64,000 nt of DNA, taken from the IMG/VR virus record IMGVR_UViG_3300020055_000004; one strand, 5' to 3'. The notes under the pieces were generated by a model, which was given only the letters and a program-made list of their open reading frames with translations, did not search any database and was not told the origin of the DNA. The DNA comes from a virus. The position numbers were made by a program, and so were the translations under genes. This document shows, one piece after another, positions 37,079 through 46,866 of this stretch; positions within the stretch are counted from its first letter, which is position 1, and the number at the start of each line of letters is the position of its first letter.

Positions 37079-37713
37079 AAGCATACGTTATTGTTTTAGA
37101 AACTGATCCAAGAGCAATACGCGCATATGAATATGTGAAACTAAAAATGTCTCTATGCTATCCTGAAATAGAACTTATCAGATTTGAAGCAACAACACCT
37201 CAAACACGTAAATATAATTTTAAGGCGCGACAATTATTAACTGAAACAGAAAAAGCCGTAATTGAATCTCATTATAACGTATGGAAATGTATCGATGAAC
37301 CTACACTTATATTAGAACATGATGCGGCTCCTATTAATAGATCATATGATATCGTAGAACTCGCATCAGAGGAATTCGATGTTATCGAATTGTCGCACCC
37401 CGTGTGGGCACCTCCAGCATATAATGATGGCAGTCCATTCGAATATTACAAAAAAAATGATGGTCTTGTACGAAGAGATGGAAAATGGAAGTGTTTGCTA
37501 GGAGCAGGCGCATACATCATGAGTAAGAACGGCGCTACCAAAATGATGAAAGAGATCGAAACTAATGGAGCATTTTCGTTAGATGTAAGTATTAGACAAC
37601 CAGTAGTAGAAATATATGATTTACTACCGGCATTTTTTATGCAATCATTCGAAAATTATTCAACGGTCGAGCACACTAAATATAATAATATTCCAATAGA
37701 AATTATGCAATAA
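37075..37713 (+). CDS. Glycosyltransferase family 25-like
   Basis: KAYVI, SHY.VW, LILEHDA, GAGAYIMS..GA. Confidence 0.7.
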   Translation: MKAYVIVLETDPRAIRAYEYVKLKMSLCYPEIELIRFEATTPQTRKYNFKARQLLTETEKAVIESHYNVWKCIDEPTLILEHDAAPINRSYDIVELASEEFDVIELSHPVWAPPAYNDGSPFEYYKKNDGLVRRDGKWKCLLGAGAYIMSKNGATKMMKEIETNGAFSLDVSIRQPVVEIYDLLPAFFMQSFENYSTVEHTKYNNIPIEIMQ

Positions 37714-37958
37714 TGAGAAGAAGATTATTACACATACTTATTGCATTCGATCAATTTATGTGGGTAATATTAACTCTCGGCGCAGGTTATCCAGATGAAA
37801 CTATTTCTTCGGCAGCTTATCGATATGAGAAACAAGGACATTGGTTTGGTAAAGCTAGACCAATTATTGATAAAATATTTTTCTGGGATTCACAACATTG
37901 TAGAAGAGCGTACTTAGCTGAGAAATTTCGTAAACAAATATCGTTGGATTTAAGATGA
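37713..37958 (+). CDS. Hypothetical membrane protein
   Basis: AFDQ..GYPDETISS..HC. Confidence 0.6.
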   Translation: MRRRLLHILIAFDQFMWVILTLGAGYPDETISSAAYRYEKQGHWFGKARPIIDKIFFWDSQHCRRAYLAEKFRKQISLDLR

Positions 37959-38740
37959 ATGATTTTAAAACATTTGATAGAAATAGCATACCAATTTGGC
38001 GTGATTGGGCAAATCCTAATAATACATTTCTATCGATTAAGGGTTATGCGGAGTTTTGTGATGTCTTAACTTTACATCATCTAGATAAAATAATAGAATC
38101 CGAAGGCGCTGCAGTCGAGATTGGTGTACATCACGGGAGATATTCTGCAGCGATGAATTATTTTCCGAAAAATACCAAACTATATGCATTCGACATTTGG
38201 AATGAGCCATTGCAAAATACTGGCCCGACTCAATGTGGAACAAATGAAATGTTAACATTTCAAACTGAAATGAATCGTAAAGCACGATTTCCGGAAAGAA
38301 TCGTAGCTACGCAAATTAATTCTTTTATGAACAAAAGAAAAATTGTAGATATTATTAAAGAACCTGTACGAATATTTCATGTTGATGGCGGTCATGATGT
38401 TAGACATGTTTTAAATGATCTTTCTATTGCTGATGAAGTCATGGCTGAAGATGGTGTAGTAATAATTGATGATTTTTTTAATATGTCATTTCCTGGCATT
38501 ACCGAAGCAGTATATCTCTATCTACAAAAGAGAGGACCTATGATTCCTTTCCTTCAAATAGGATGGAAATTGTTTTTGTGTAGCCAATATAAGCATTTAC
38601 AATATAGAGATTATTGGGTAGAATATAATAATAATCCTGAATCTGTCGCGCTTGGGAAAAATTTTATTAATGATGTTGATGTGGCAGAATACAGGATACC
38701 AATATATGCAAAAATGGGTCTGGGCTTTACAGTCAGATAA
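37955..38740 (+). CDS. Class I SAM methyltransferase (Methyltransf_24-like)
   Basis: VEIGVHHGRY, FHVDGGH, GVVIIDD. Confidence 0.8.
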   Translation: MNDFKTFDRNSIPIWRDWANPNNTFLSIKGYAEFCDVLTLHHLDKIIESEGAAVEIGVHHGRYSAAMNYFPKNTKLYAFDIWNEPLQNTGPTQCGTNEMLTFQTEMNRKARFPERIVATQINSFMNKRKIVDIIKEPVRIFHVDGGHDVRHVLNDLSIADEVMAEDGVVIIDDFFNMSFPGITEAVYLYLQKRGPMIPFLQIGWKLFLCSQYKHLQYRDYWVEYNNNPESVALGKNFINDVDVAEYRIPIYAKMGLGFTVR

Positions 38741-38761
38741 TTTTTTTGTATATATAGTAAC

Positions 38762-38820
38762 GTGATGCGGATGAACCGGTCACATTATTCTTGCTTAACT
38801 AAAAGGAGAAAACCACTATG
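38762..38820 (+). promoter_or_regulatory. ROSE-like RNA thermometer in the hsp20 5' UTR
   Basis: TTCTTGCT (38788-38795) can pair with AGGAGAA SD (38804-38810); upstream GTGA..CGG/CCG..TCAC hairpin. Confidence 0.55.
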
Positions 38821-39249
38821 GTTACGACTAAACATTTTACGTTCCCTACCTCTAGCTTTATCGGATTCGATCACTTATGGGATGAGATCACCAAGCTGCA
38901 AACTGTTGGTGATAACACATACCCTAGGCACAACGTAGTCAAGCACAGTGATACAGAGTACAGCATTGAGCTGGCTTTGGCTGGCTACGGAAAGAACGAG
39001 ATTGAAGTAGAGTTGAAGGAGGGGATACTCATCATAAAAGGCGATCCTGCTAAAAATGATGTAGAGTACCTGCACAAAGGAGTCTCTACCAAGAGATTCA
39101 CAAGAACGTTCCGTCTGTCCGAACACGTTGTAGTGGATGGAGCTGACTTTAAGAATGGTCTACTGGTCATACAATTGAGAGTAGAAATTCCAGAAGAAAA
39201 GCGTCCTCGCAAAATTCCCATTGGAAAACAATTGCTAACAGAGGACTAA
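38818..39249 (+). CDS. hsp20: Small heat shock protein (IbpA/Hsp20)
   Basis: IGFD, YPRHNV, IELALAG, YLHKGVS, NGLL, IPEEKRPRKIPI. Confidence 0.95.
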   Translation: MVTTKHFTFPTSSFIGFDHLWDEITKLQTVGDNTYPRHNVVKHSDTEYSIELALAGYGKNEIEVELKEGILIIKGDPAKNDVEYLHKGVSTKRFTRTFRLSEHVVVDGADFKNGLLVIQLRVEIPEEKRPRKIPIGKQLLTED

Positions 39250-39250
39250 A

Positions 39251-39346
39251 ATGATTTCTAAAATTGAAATACTAAAAAATATTGGTGCTATGGCATTTTG
39301 CCTATTTGTTGCACCAGCAATGATCTGGCTAACGGTGACAGCATGA
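39251..39346 (+). CDS. Small membrane peptide (31 aa)
   Basis: GAGGA RBS; hydrophobic. Confidence 0.45.
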   Translation: MISKIEILKNIGAMAFCLFVAPAMIWLTVTA

Positions 39347-39483
39347 TTACAAAAATTCGTAACAGCGCAGTTATCGCATTAGTAGTAGGAATGTGTGTCA
39401 TGGGTTTGTTAGGCCCAATTATGTATCCTGAATACATGATCGAAGCACAACTCAATTCATCATACTATATGCCGTTGATCTAA
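39343..39483 (+). CDS. Small membrane protein
   Basis: ATGA overlap with previous; TM helix. Confidence 0.5.
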   Translation: MITKIRNSAVIALVVGMCVMGLLGPIMYPEYMIEAQLNSSYYMPLI

Positions 39484-39484
39484 C

Positions 39485-39514
39485 TGAGTGGGGGTTTCGA
39501 CCCCCCTCATTTTT
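39485..39514 (+). terminator. Rho-independent terminator
   Basis: TGAG(T)GGGGGT-TTCG-ACCCCCCTCA followed by T-run. Confidence 0.85.
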
Positions 39515-39532
39515 AAAATTATGGAGTAAATC

Positions 39533-39724
39533 ATGATTACGCGAAGTGACCTCAACGAAGAAGCATTCGACAAACTCATTCGAGACGAACTCATCGATCA
39601 ACTTACCGGATTAGAAACGGACGGATTGATGGAAGAGCGAGACAAGCTTATTGAAGCATTTAATATTGTTATTGCGTACAACTCAGTGCCCGGTACGTAC
39701 AAAAACGGTGAATTTGATTATTGA
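39533..39724 (+). CDS. Hypothetical protein
   Basis: GGAG RBS. Confidence 0.55.
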   Translation: MITRSDLNEEAFDKLIRDELIDQLTGLETDGLMEERDKLIEAFNIVIAYNSVPGTYKNGEFDY

Positions 39725-39969
39725 ACTCTTTGCAGTCGATAGTCGAACGGCTTCTTTGTTTTGATTTCAAAGAATCTACCTTTCATATCTTTACCAATTA
39801 TATGTGTCTGAGTTTTTTTACTGATGCGTGATAGTCTATATGTACTGTTTTTACCTCTCGCATGTATATTACCATTCGTATCAGTAAAATCTTCAGTCCA
39901 AAATACAGTGAGAGCCCATTCTTGATTGCAACATTTGCACTTACTAAATGGCCATATTTTACAAATCAT
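39718..39969 (-). CDS. Hypothetical protein downstream of lysozyme
   Basis: Overlaps lysozyme stop on - strand. Confidence 0.55.
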   Translation of the reverse strand: MICKIWPFSKCKCCNQEWALTVFWTEDFTDTNGNIHARGKNSTYRLSRISKKTQTHIIGKDMKGRFFEIKTKKPFDYRLQRVQ

Positions 39970-40409
39970 TCGACAGCCTCTAGTCTTGTCATCAATCGTT
40001 CGGCACGATTACCTACTTGCCGATACCAGAGTGAATCTCGACCTTCTGCAGCCGCAAGCTTCCAATGCTTTGCAACAAGAGCAAGTCGAAAGTTACGAAA
40101 CTTACTTAATCGTGGACGACCAAGATTGAACATCATATTGACCAATACCTCTTGGACTTCTCCTGGCAGATCTTCCCAGAACTCGTATAATACTTTACAC
40201 TCTGAGATTGCGATGTCGAGGTCTTGTTCGAAGAGTTCTGCAACTCTTTCTTCGCTGACTGCCGTGCCAATCTCTGCTCCGTGTTCCGGTTCTCCCTCTT
40301 TAATGAGGTGGCCGACTCCAAGGGTTGGATAGCCCAGGTGATCAAGGTAGATTTCATATTTGACACCTTCATCGATCTTGAGTTGTTCATATACATTTTT
40401 TCTGTCCAT
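39966..40409 (-). CDS. T4-type lysozyme (GH24); start likely ATG 40409
   Basis: LKIDEG..IYLDHLGYPTLGVGH, NMMFNLG, DSLWYRQVGNRAERL. Confidence 0.9.
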   Translation of the reverse strand: MDRKNVYEQLKIDEGVKYEIYLDHLGYPTLGVGHLIKEGEPEHGAEIGTAVSEERVAELFEQDLDIAISECKVLYEFWEDLPGEVQEVLVNMMFNLGRPRLSKFRNFRLALVAKHWKLAAAEGRDSLWYRQVGNRAERLMTRLEAVE

Positions 40410-40412
40410 CAG

Positions 40413-40441
40413 TTTACTTTCCCTATAATTTTTGGTAGAAT
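40413..40441 (+). promoter_or_regulatory. Early-type promoter TTTACT-N17-TAGAAT for gp43, overlapping the divergent lysozyme RBS
   Basis: Motif and spacing. Confidence 0.7.
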
Positions 40442-40447
40442 GGATCC

Positions 40448-42985
40448 ATGACTGAATTTTACACAAACGTTTTACAATACGGTCAAAGCCTTTACATACG
40501 AGGCTTCGACTCCGATGGACAACGCCTGCAGCGCCGCGTACCTTATCAACCATATCACTTCGTTTCTTCGAATGTTGAGACTGGTTATACGGATATTCAT
40601 GGTAATCCGGTGCAACGGAAAGATTTCGACTCAATACGTGATGCTCGTGATTTCCTCAAACGATATGAGGAAGTCGAGGGCTTTAATGTATTCGGTCTAG
40701 ATCGTTACCCTTACACCTTTATATATGATAATTTCAAGTCGCAAGATCCTGACACATCAAAAATCAATATCGTCAATATCGATATCGAGGTGGCATCCGA
40801 TGATGGATTCCCAGAGCCTGAAGACGCCGACAAAGAGATCACAGCCATTGCTCTTCGTCGACGCAATCTAAAGGTCGTACTCGGCTGTGGTGACTTTACA
40901 CATGATGAAGAAAATCTATACTATATCAAGTGTAAAAACGAGTACGGCCTCTTGCATAAATTCCTTGATATCTGGCAACAAATGGATCCTGACGTGGTGA
41001 CTGGTTGGAACACAGAGTTTTTCGATATTCCATATCTTGTCAATCGTATCACCAAGATCTGTAGCGAAGATGCAGTCAAACGTATGTCGCCTTGGGGTAT
41101 CATCAAAGAAAAGAAAGTCTATCGTCAAGGTAGCGACAAGCAATCTCAGACGTATCAACTTTTTGGTGTCTCTGCTCTCGATTATTTGGCCGTGTACAAA
41201 AAGTTTCGACTTCAACCTCGCGAGTCATACAAACTGGACTTCATTGCCGAGACTGAACTTGGTACCAAAAAGTTAGACTACAGCGAGTACGGTAATCTAC
41301 ACGAGTTGTACAAGAACAACTATCAAAAGTTTATTGAATACAACATTAAGGATACTGACCTCATCTTCGAACTGGAAGAGAAGCTTGGCTTCCTCGAGCA
41401 AATCTTTACAATCGCATATGATGCTAAGGTCAACTTCAATGATGCTCTGGCATCTGTGCTCATATGGGATGTGATCATCCATAACTATCTCATGGATCAG
41501 AATAAAGTGGTGTCAATGAAACGACCACCGATGTCTGATCGTCGTATCGAAGGTGGTTATGTCAAAGATCCAATCGTAGGCATCCACAATTGGGTAATGT
41601 CATTCGACCTCAACTCTCTGTATCCACACTTGATTCAGCAATATAACATATCACCCGATACGGTGCTCAATAAGTTCGATGATCTATTTCCTATTACAGC
41701 TAAAGCATCAGTTGATAATTTACTCAGTGAAGATATCGATCTCACTGAACTTAAAAACTTTGATGTCACTATGACACCAAATGGAAAAATATATCGACGA
41801 GATCGCCAAGGTTTCTTGCCTGCTCTCATGAAAAAGATGTACGATGATCGTGTATTATATAAGAAGAAGATGCTCGAGTGTAAGCAAGCATATCAAGAAA
41901 ATCCTACACGTCAACTCGAGATTGATATCTCTCGTTATCATAATCTACAACACGCCAAAAAGATCCAGCTAAACTCAGCTTATGGTGCACTTGCTAACAA
42001 ATACTTTCGTTGGTTCGATAATGAAAACGCCGAAGCTATTACGATGGCTGGTCAATTGTCCATTCGATGGATCGAGAAGAAACTTAACACGTGGCTCAAT
42101 GATATTCTCAAAACGAAAGGTAGAGATTATGTCATTGCTATTGACACCGATTCAGTGTATGTTTCATTTGATAAGATGATTGAACTAACACAACCAAAAA
42201 ATCCTGTAGAGTTTCTTAATAAAGTTGCCGATAAACAAGTTGAACCATTCATCGATCGATCATATCAAGAACTGGCAGACTACACCAATGCCTATGCACA
42301 GAAGATGTTTATGAAGCGAGAGAATATCGCCGATAAAGCCATCTGGACTGCCAAGAAGAGATACATCATGCATGTATGGGATTCGGAAGGTGTACGTTAC
42401 AAAGAACCTGAACTAAAGATGATGGGTATCGAAGCTATTCGTTCGAGTACTCCGGCCGTATGTCGTGACTATATTAAACAGACACTTAAACTACTGATGA
42501 CCACTGACGAAGAGACAGTGCAGAAATACATTGCCAAGATTCGCGAAGAGTTTCGTACATTGTCATTCGAAGAAGTGGCCTTCCCTCGTAGTTGTAACTT
42601 TATCAAGTGGGAACGTAACTCTCAAGGTAAAGCGTATCCATCGACGTATGCAGATGACAAGATCATATACAAGAAAGCTACACCGATTCAGGTCAAAGGT
42701 GCTCTACTGTACAACTGGTATTTAGATAAATATAACTTGAAGAAACGATACGAAGAGATTAAGTCTGGCGAGAAAATTAAGTTCAGCTATCTCAAGAAAC
42801 CAAACCCGATACACGACTCGGTGATATCGTGTCCTGATGTACTACCACGAGAATTCAATCTCAACGAGTACATTGATTACGACACACAGTTCGTGAAAGG
42901 CTATCTCGATCCGATAGAAATCATACTTCATGCTATCGGATGGAAGTCGGAAAAAGTATCAACACTCGAGGATTTTTTCTCATGA
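40448..42985 (+). CDS. gp43: Family B DNA polymerase gp43
   Basis: DIEV ExoI, GWNTEFFDIPY, SFDLNSLYPH, KIQLNSAYG, IDTDS, KKRY; clamp tail STLEDFFS. Confidence 0.98.
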   Translation: MTEFYTNVLQYGQSLYIRGFDSDGQRLQRRVPYQPYHFVSSNVETGYTDIHGNPVQRKDFDSIRDARDFLKRYEEVEGFNVFGLDRYPYTFIYDNFKSQDPDTSKINIVNIDIEVASDDGFPEPEDADKEITAIALRRRNLKVVLGCGDFTHDEENLYYIKCKNEYGLLHKFLDIWQQMDPDVVTGWNTEFFDIPYLVNRITKICSEDAVKRMSPWGIIKEKKVYRQGSDKQSQTYQLFGVSALDYLAVYKKFRLQPRESYKLDFIAETELGTKKLDYSEYGNLHELYKNNYQKFIEYNIKDTDLIFELEEKLGFLEQIFTIAYDAKVNFNDALASVLIWDVIIHNYLMDQNKVVSMKRPPMSDRRIEGGYVKDPIVGIHNWVMSFDLNSLYPHLIQQYNISPDTVLNKFDDLFPITAKASVDNLLSEDIDLTELKNFDVTMTPNGKIYRRDRQGFLPALMKKMYDDRVLYKKKMLECKQAYQENPTRQLEIDISRYHNLQHAKKIQLNSAYGALANKYFRWFDNENAEAITMAGQLSIRWIEKKLNTWLNDILKTKGRDYVIAIDTDSVYVSFDKMIELTQPKNPVEFLNKVADKQVEPFIDRSYQELADYTNAYAQKMFMKRENIADKAIWTAKKRYIMHVWDSEGVRYKEPELKMMGIEAIRSSTPAVCRDYIKQTLKLLMTTDEETVQKYIAKIREEFRTLSFEEVAFPRSCNFIKWERNSQGKAYPSTYADDKIIYKKATPIQVKGALLYNWYLDKYNLKKRYEEIKSGEKIKFSYLKKPNPIHDSVISCPDVLPREFNLNEYIDYDTQFVKGYLDPIEIILHAIGWKSEKVSTLEDFFS

Positions 42986-43290
42986 CAGATAAACCAGCTG
43001 TAGACCTACAAAATTTTGATTTTGGTTTTAGTTTAGTAGATGCTGACGAATTAGACGTCGTACAACAACTTAAGACTGAAAGTACTACCATCGCATCCAC
43101 AGCAGAGGAGTGGGAAGCAATGGCTGAACAATGGAGAGTAAAGGCTCAGACCATTTACGCTTCAGTCATACCTCTGCTCGACAACTTATCACAATCTCCT
43201 GAGAAAGAATATATTTTGTGGCCAGGTGAAGATAGAGTAAATAAGATTAACGCTTTCAAACTCAGGCTCAACCAAATTCTGGAGGATTAA
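42982..43290 (+). CDS. Hypothetical protein
   Basis: FDFGFS, PLLDNL..PEKEYILWP. Confidence 0.65.
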   Translation: MTDKPAVDLQNFDFGFSLVDADELDVVQQLKTESTTIASTAEEWEAMAEQWRVKAQTIYASVIPLLDNLSQSPEKEYILWPGEDRVNKINAFKLRLNQILED

Positions 43291-44136
43291 ATGCAACCTT
43301 CCTATCCTTTGAGCATAATGGCTCTTTTGATGGGAGTAATGTTGTCAGCAGTTGCTGGCTATTTTTCAGTGATAGGACTTGCCACAATCTTTGCCGGTGC
43401 ATTCTGGTCAGTGATTGTCATGGCATCCGCTTTAGAACTCTCAAAACTCGTAGCAGCAGCATGGATATATCGATGCTGGTCAATTGCACCATACCTCATG
43501 CGATTTTACATGGTCACTGCGGTAGTGGTGCTCGTGTTCATCACTTCAATGGGTATCTTTGGATATCTATCGAAGGCTCACTTAGAGCAGACAATAAATC
43601 AAGGTGGAAATAATGAATTACTTATCAGTGGCCTCGAGAGAAAGATTGAAAGACAGCAATCGATCATCGATGACTCCGAAACGGTCTTGGCGCAACTCGA
43701 CTCTGCGGTTGAAATACTGCAAGACTATGACCGAATTAGAGGACCTGATGGAGCAATTGCGGTTCGGAAGGCGCAAGCAGAGGAAAGGACAGAACTCAAC
43801 AGAACAATCGGATTGGCGTATGATCAGATTGCAGGATTCCAAGAACAACTTCTGCCCCTGCAGAAACAAACTCTTGAACTTGAAGCAGAAATTGGTCCAC
43901 TCAAATATATTGCGGAGTTAATTTACGGTGAGGATAGAGCACGAGATTATTTTGATGTCGCTGTACGTTGGATTATTATTTTACTTATTTCCGTATTTGA
44001 TCCAATGGCTGTCTGCCTCATATTAGCTGGCAACACTGGTATAAATATTTTACGACCTCAGAAAGAAGTTAAATATATGACAGGTGATGAGGTCATGCGA
44101 AAAGTAAACCGTGACGGACACAATAGGGATGGATAA
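43291..44136 (+). CDS. Membrane protein with coiled coil
   Basis: FSVIGLATIFAG, ITSMGIFGYLSKAH, EIGPLKYIA, VFDPMAV. Confidence 0.75.
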   Translation: MQPSYPLSIMALLMGVMLSAVAGYFSVIGLATIFAGAFWSVIVMASALELSKLVAAAWIYRCWSIAPYLMRFYMVTAVVVLVFITSMGIFGYLSKAHLEQTINQGGNNELLISGLERKIERQQSIIDDSETVLAQLDSAVEILQDYDRIRGPDGAIAVRKAQAEERTELNRTIGLAYDQIAGFQEQLLPLQKQTLELEAEIGPLKYIAELIYGEDRARDYFDVAVRWIIILLISVFDPMAVCLILAGNTGINILRPQKEVKYMTGDEVMRKVNRDGHNRDG

Positions 44137-45038
44137 TGCCAAAAGCTTTGTTAATTATATCTGGACTTGCAGTAAAAAGTGAAAAATCTGATTATCAAAA
44201 AGGTTTTCGAAATATCACCGAAAACATAATTCGTTATAATCATGCATTTGATTTTGAAACAAGATTTTGTTTAGAAAATGATGTTGTTACTGGTAGCATA
44301 AATCCACAGAAACAAAACTCCGAACACGACTTTGAAAAGATAAAAGATTTTTACGAAGGCGCTACACTTAATTCAATTTATAATATGAAATCTATTAATG
44401 TATGTAGTTATAAAAACTTTCCTCAAAGATATATAGCAACACATCAGATGCCATATCAAAGGCTCAAAATTTTAAATGAAGAGATTGACTTCGAGGCCTT
44501 TGATACAATTGTATATGTAAGACCTGATGTACATATTACTGGTCCAGTTCATTTACACGATCATAAACATAATAATTTTACCATTTATCATAGCTATGGT
44601 GGCGGAGGACCTTTTCATGGTGCGGATTATGATTATATGTGGATTGGCGGTCCAAAACCTTTTAAAAAGTTTTTAGATTTATGGGTAAGTAATCCGCTTA
44701 TGTCGGACGATGACTCAAAATATATGAAGTATATGGATAAAGAAACAGTAGAAAGACTTCATGAACAATATGGTTTAAAACCTTTACTTTATCATTATCC
44801 CGAATTGTTTGATCAAGAACTGACAGGCGAACTAAAAGAATTTATTAAAGTTGAAATTCATTGTTTAAATTGTGTCTTAGAACTCGAAAAAAATGATATG
44901 AATTTTGCTTTAAGTTTCCAAAAATTTGGTGAGCTCGCTTTATTAGATAGTGCACCCAATACACCAGAAGAATTGATGCAAATTTATGACCATCATAAAT
45001 TGGATATAGAACCTTTACGACGGGATCCAACATGGTAA
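44136..45038 (+). CDS. Putative glycosyltransferase (paralog A)
   Basis: ALLIISG..., FDTIVYVRPD motif. Confidence 0.5.
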   Translation: MPKALLIISGLAVKSEKSDYQKGFRNITENIIRYNHAFDFETRFCLENDVVTGSINPQKQNSEHDFEKIKDFYEGATLNSIYNMKSINVCSYKNFPQRYIATHQMPYQRLKILNEEIDFEAFDTIVYVRPDVHITGPVHLHDHKHNNFTIYHSYGGGGPFHGADYDYMWIGGPKPFKKFLDLWVSNPLMSDDDSKYMKYMDKETVERLHEQYGLKPLLYHYPELFDQELTGELKEFIKVEIHCLNCVLELEKNDMNFALSFQKFGELALLDSAPNTPEELMQIYDHHKLDIEPLRRDPTW

Positions 45039-45514
45039 TTATTGCCCATAGAGGAAATACTACCGGTCCTAATTCAGAAACAGAAAATTTACCATCGCAT
45101 ATTGATAGAATATATCATCAATATGGATTTCATAGTGAAATTGATTTATGGAGAGTATATGATAAGGCTACTGGTCCTTCGTTATTTTTAGGACACGATT
45201 ATCCACAACATCAAGTTGACAGTGATTGGTTACGAATGAGAAGCAACATACTTTGGATTCATTGTAAAAATATTGAAGCACTAGCAATGTTTCAAAATCA
45301 TCCATATGGTAAAGACTTTAATTATTTTTGGCACGAAGAAGATGCTTATACACTCACATCGAAAGGATGGATATGGGCATATCCTGGCAAAAAAGTACCT
45401 GATAACGGTCCATTTAAATCAATTGCAGTCATGCCTGAAGTGACTGGAATGTCACATAAAGATTTGATTTGCTTTAACGGTGTGTGCACAGACTATGGTG
45501 TTAATTATCTATGA
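45032..45514 (+). CDS. Glycerophosphodiester phosphodiesterase-like protein
   Basis: IAHRGN, EN, EIDLW, LGHD, WIHCKN, GVCTDY. Confidence 0.75.
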   Translation: MVIIAHRGNTTGPNSETENLPSHIDRIYHQYGFHSEIDLWRVYDKATGPSLFLGHDYPQHQVDSDWLRMRSNILWIHCKNIEALAMFQNHPYGKDFNYFWHEEDAYTLTSKGWIWAYPGKKVPDNGPFKSIAVMPEVTGMSHKDLICFNGVCTDYGVNYL

Positions 45515-46866
45515 TCAAACTTATATTATTTGATTTAGATGGCGTGCTCATCGATGCGAAAGATATTCATTATCGAGCCTTGAATCAAGCGCTTGGTAAG
45601 TACTACAATATCTCGCATGATGAGCACCTCAATATATATGATGGTCATAAAACACGTAAAAAACTTCAGATGCTATCTGAAGCAAAAGGTTTGCCACTTG
45701 AACTGCATGATGAAATCTATAATAGAAAACAAGCTATCACACAGCGTGAGATATGTAAATTAAAACCAAGTAACGCTATTGTTAAATTATTTCGGCAGCT
45801 GATAGACGATGATTATAAAATTGGAGTATGCTCAAATAGTATTCGTCAAACCGTATTAACAGCTCTCGCTAAATCACAACTCATTGAGTTTTGTTCGGTT
45901 ATTATATCAAATGAAGATGTAAAAAATAGTAAGCCTCATCCTGAAATGTATTGGAAAGCCATGTCAATTATGGGTGTGCTGCCCGAAGAGACAATCATTG
46001 TGGAGGATTCGCCACCCGGGATATTAGCAGCAGAGAGATCACGCGCTAAATACATTCGAGTGACTTCTCCAATTGAAGTAAATATAAGTAATATATTACC
46101 TCAAATTACTGGTGAACCGATAGTATATAAATGGAAAAATAAAAATATGAATGTATTGATACCTATGGCCGGTGCTGGATCTAGATTCGCAGAAGCCGGC
46201 TACACATTTCCAAAGCCTCTAATTGATGTCAATGGTCAACCAATGATCGAGCTTGTTGTCGATAACATTGGTATCGAAGCTAATTACATTTTTGTCGTAC
46301 AGCGCGAGCATCGCGATCTATATAATCTCGATACGATGCTTGGTCTAATTGCACCGGGCTGTAAGATTGTTGAAGTGGATGGTATTACTGAAGGAGCCGC
46401 CTGTACAGCTTTACTTGCGAAAGAATATATTGATAACGACGAACCTCTCTTCATTGCAAACAGCGATCAATATGTAGAATGGGATCCGATTGAGTTTATG
46501 TATTCGATGCAAGAACGTCAGTTAGATGGAGGTATGGTTTGTTTTAAATCGCGCCATCCTAAATGGTCATATGCTTCGGTTGATCTGAGATCTAATCTTG
46601 TGACAGCTGTTGCAGAAAAAGATCCGATCAGTGACTGTGCAACTGTTGGTTTCTATTATTGGAAAAAAGGATCTGACTTCGTTAAATACACTCTCGAAAT
46701 GATTGACGAAGATGAACGAGTAAACGGAGAATTTTATATTTGTCCAGTTTTTAATCAAGCTATCGCTGATGCAAAGAAAATCGGTGTGACAACAACACAA
46801 AAGATGTGGGGTCTTGGTACTCCTGAAGATCTCGAATATTACTTAGAACACAAGGAGCAAAAATGA
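45511..46866 (+). CDS. HAD phosphatase + sugar nucleotidyltransferase fusion
   Basis: FDLDGVL, SNS, KPHPE, VEDS; IPMAGAGSRF, PKPLI, TEGAA, NSDQ, NGEFY, GLGTPEDL. Confidence 0.88.
   Translation: MIKLILFDLDGVLIDAKDIHYRALNQALGKYYNISHDEHLNIYDGHKTRKKLQMLSEAKGLPLELHDEIYNRKQAITQREICKLKPSNAIVKLFRQLIDDDYKIGVCSNSIRQTVLTALAKSQLIEFCSVIISNEDVKNSKPHPEMYWKAMSIMGVLPEETIIVEDSPPGILAAERSRAKYIRVTSPIEVNISNILPQITGEPIVYKWKNKNMNVLIPMAGAGSRFAEAGYTFPKPLIDVNGQPMIELVVDNIGIEANYIFVVQREHRDLYNLDTMLGLIAPGCKIVEVDGITEGAACTALLAKEYIDNDEPLFIANSDQYVEWDPIEFMYSMQERQLDGGMVCFKSRHPKWSYASVDLRSNLVTAVAEKDPISDCATVGFYYWKKGSDFVKYTLEMIDEDERVNGEFYICPVFNQAIADAKKIGVTTTQKMWGLGTPEDLEYYLEHKEQK

Noticed and set aside
40410-40634. N-terminal extension of lysozyme in the ORF track
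   Set aside because: Overlaps gp43 antisense; ATG 40409 has an RBS and gives a normal-length lysozyme
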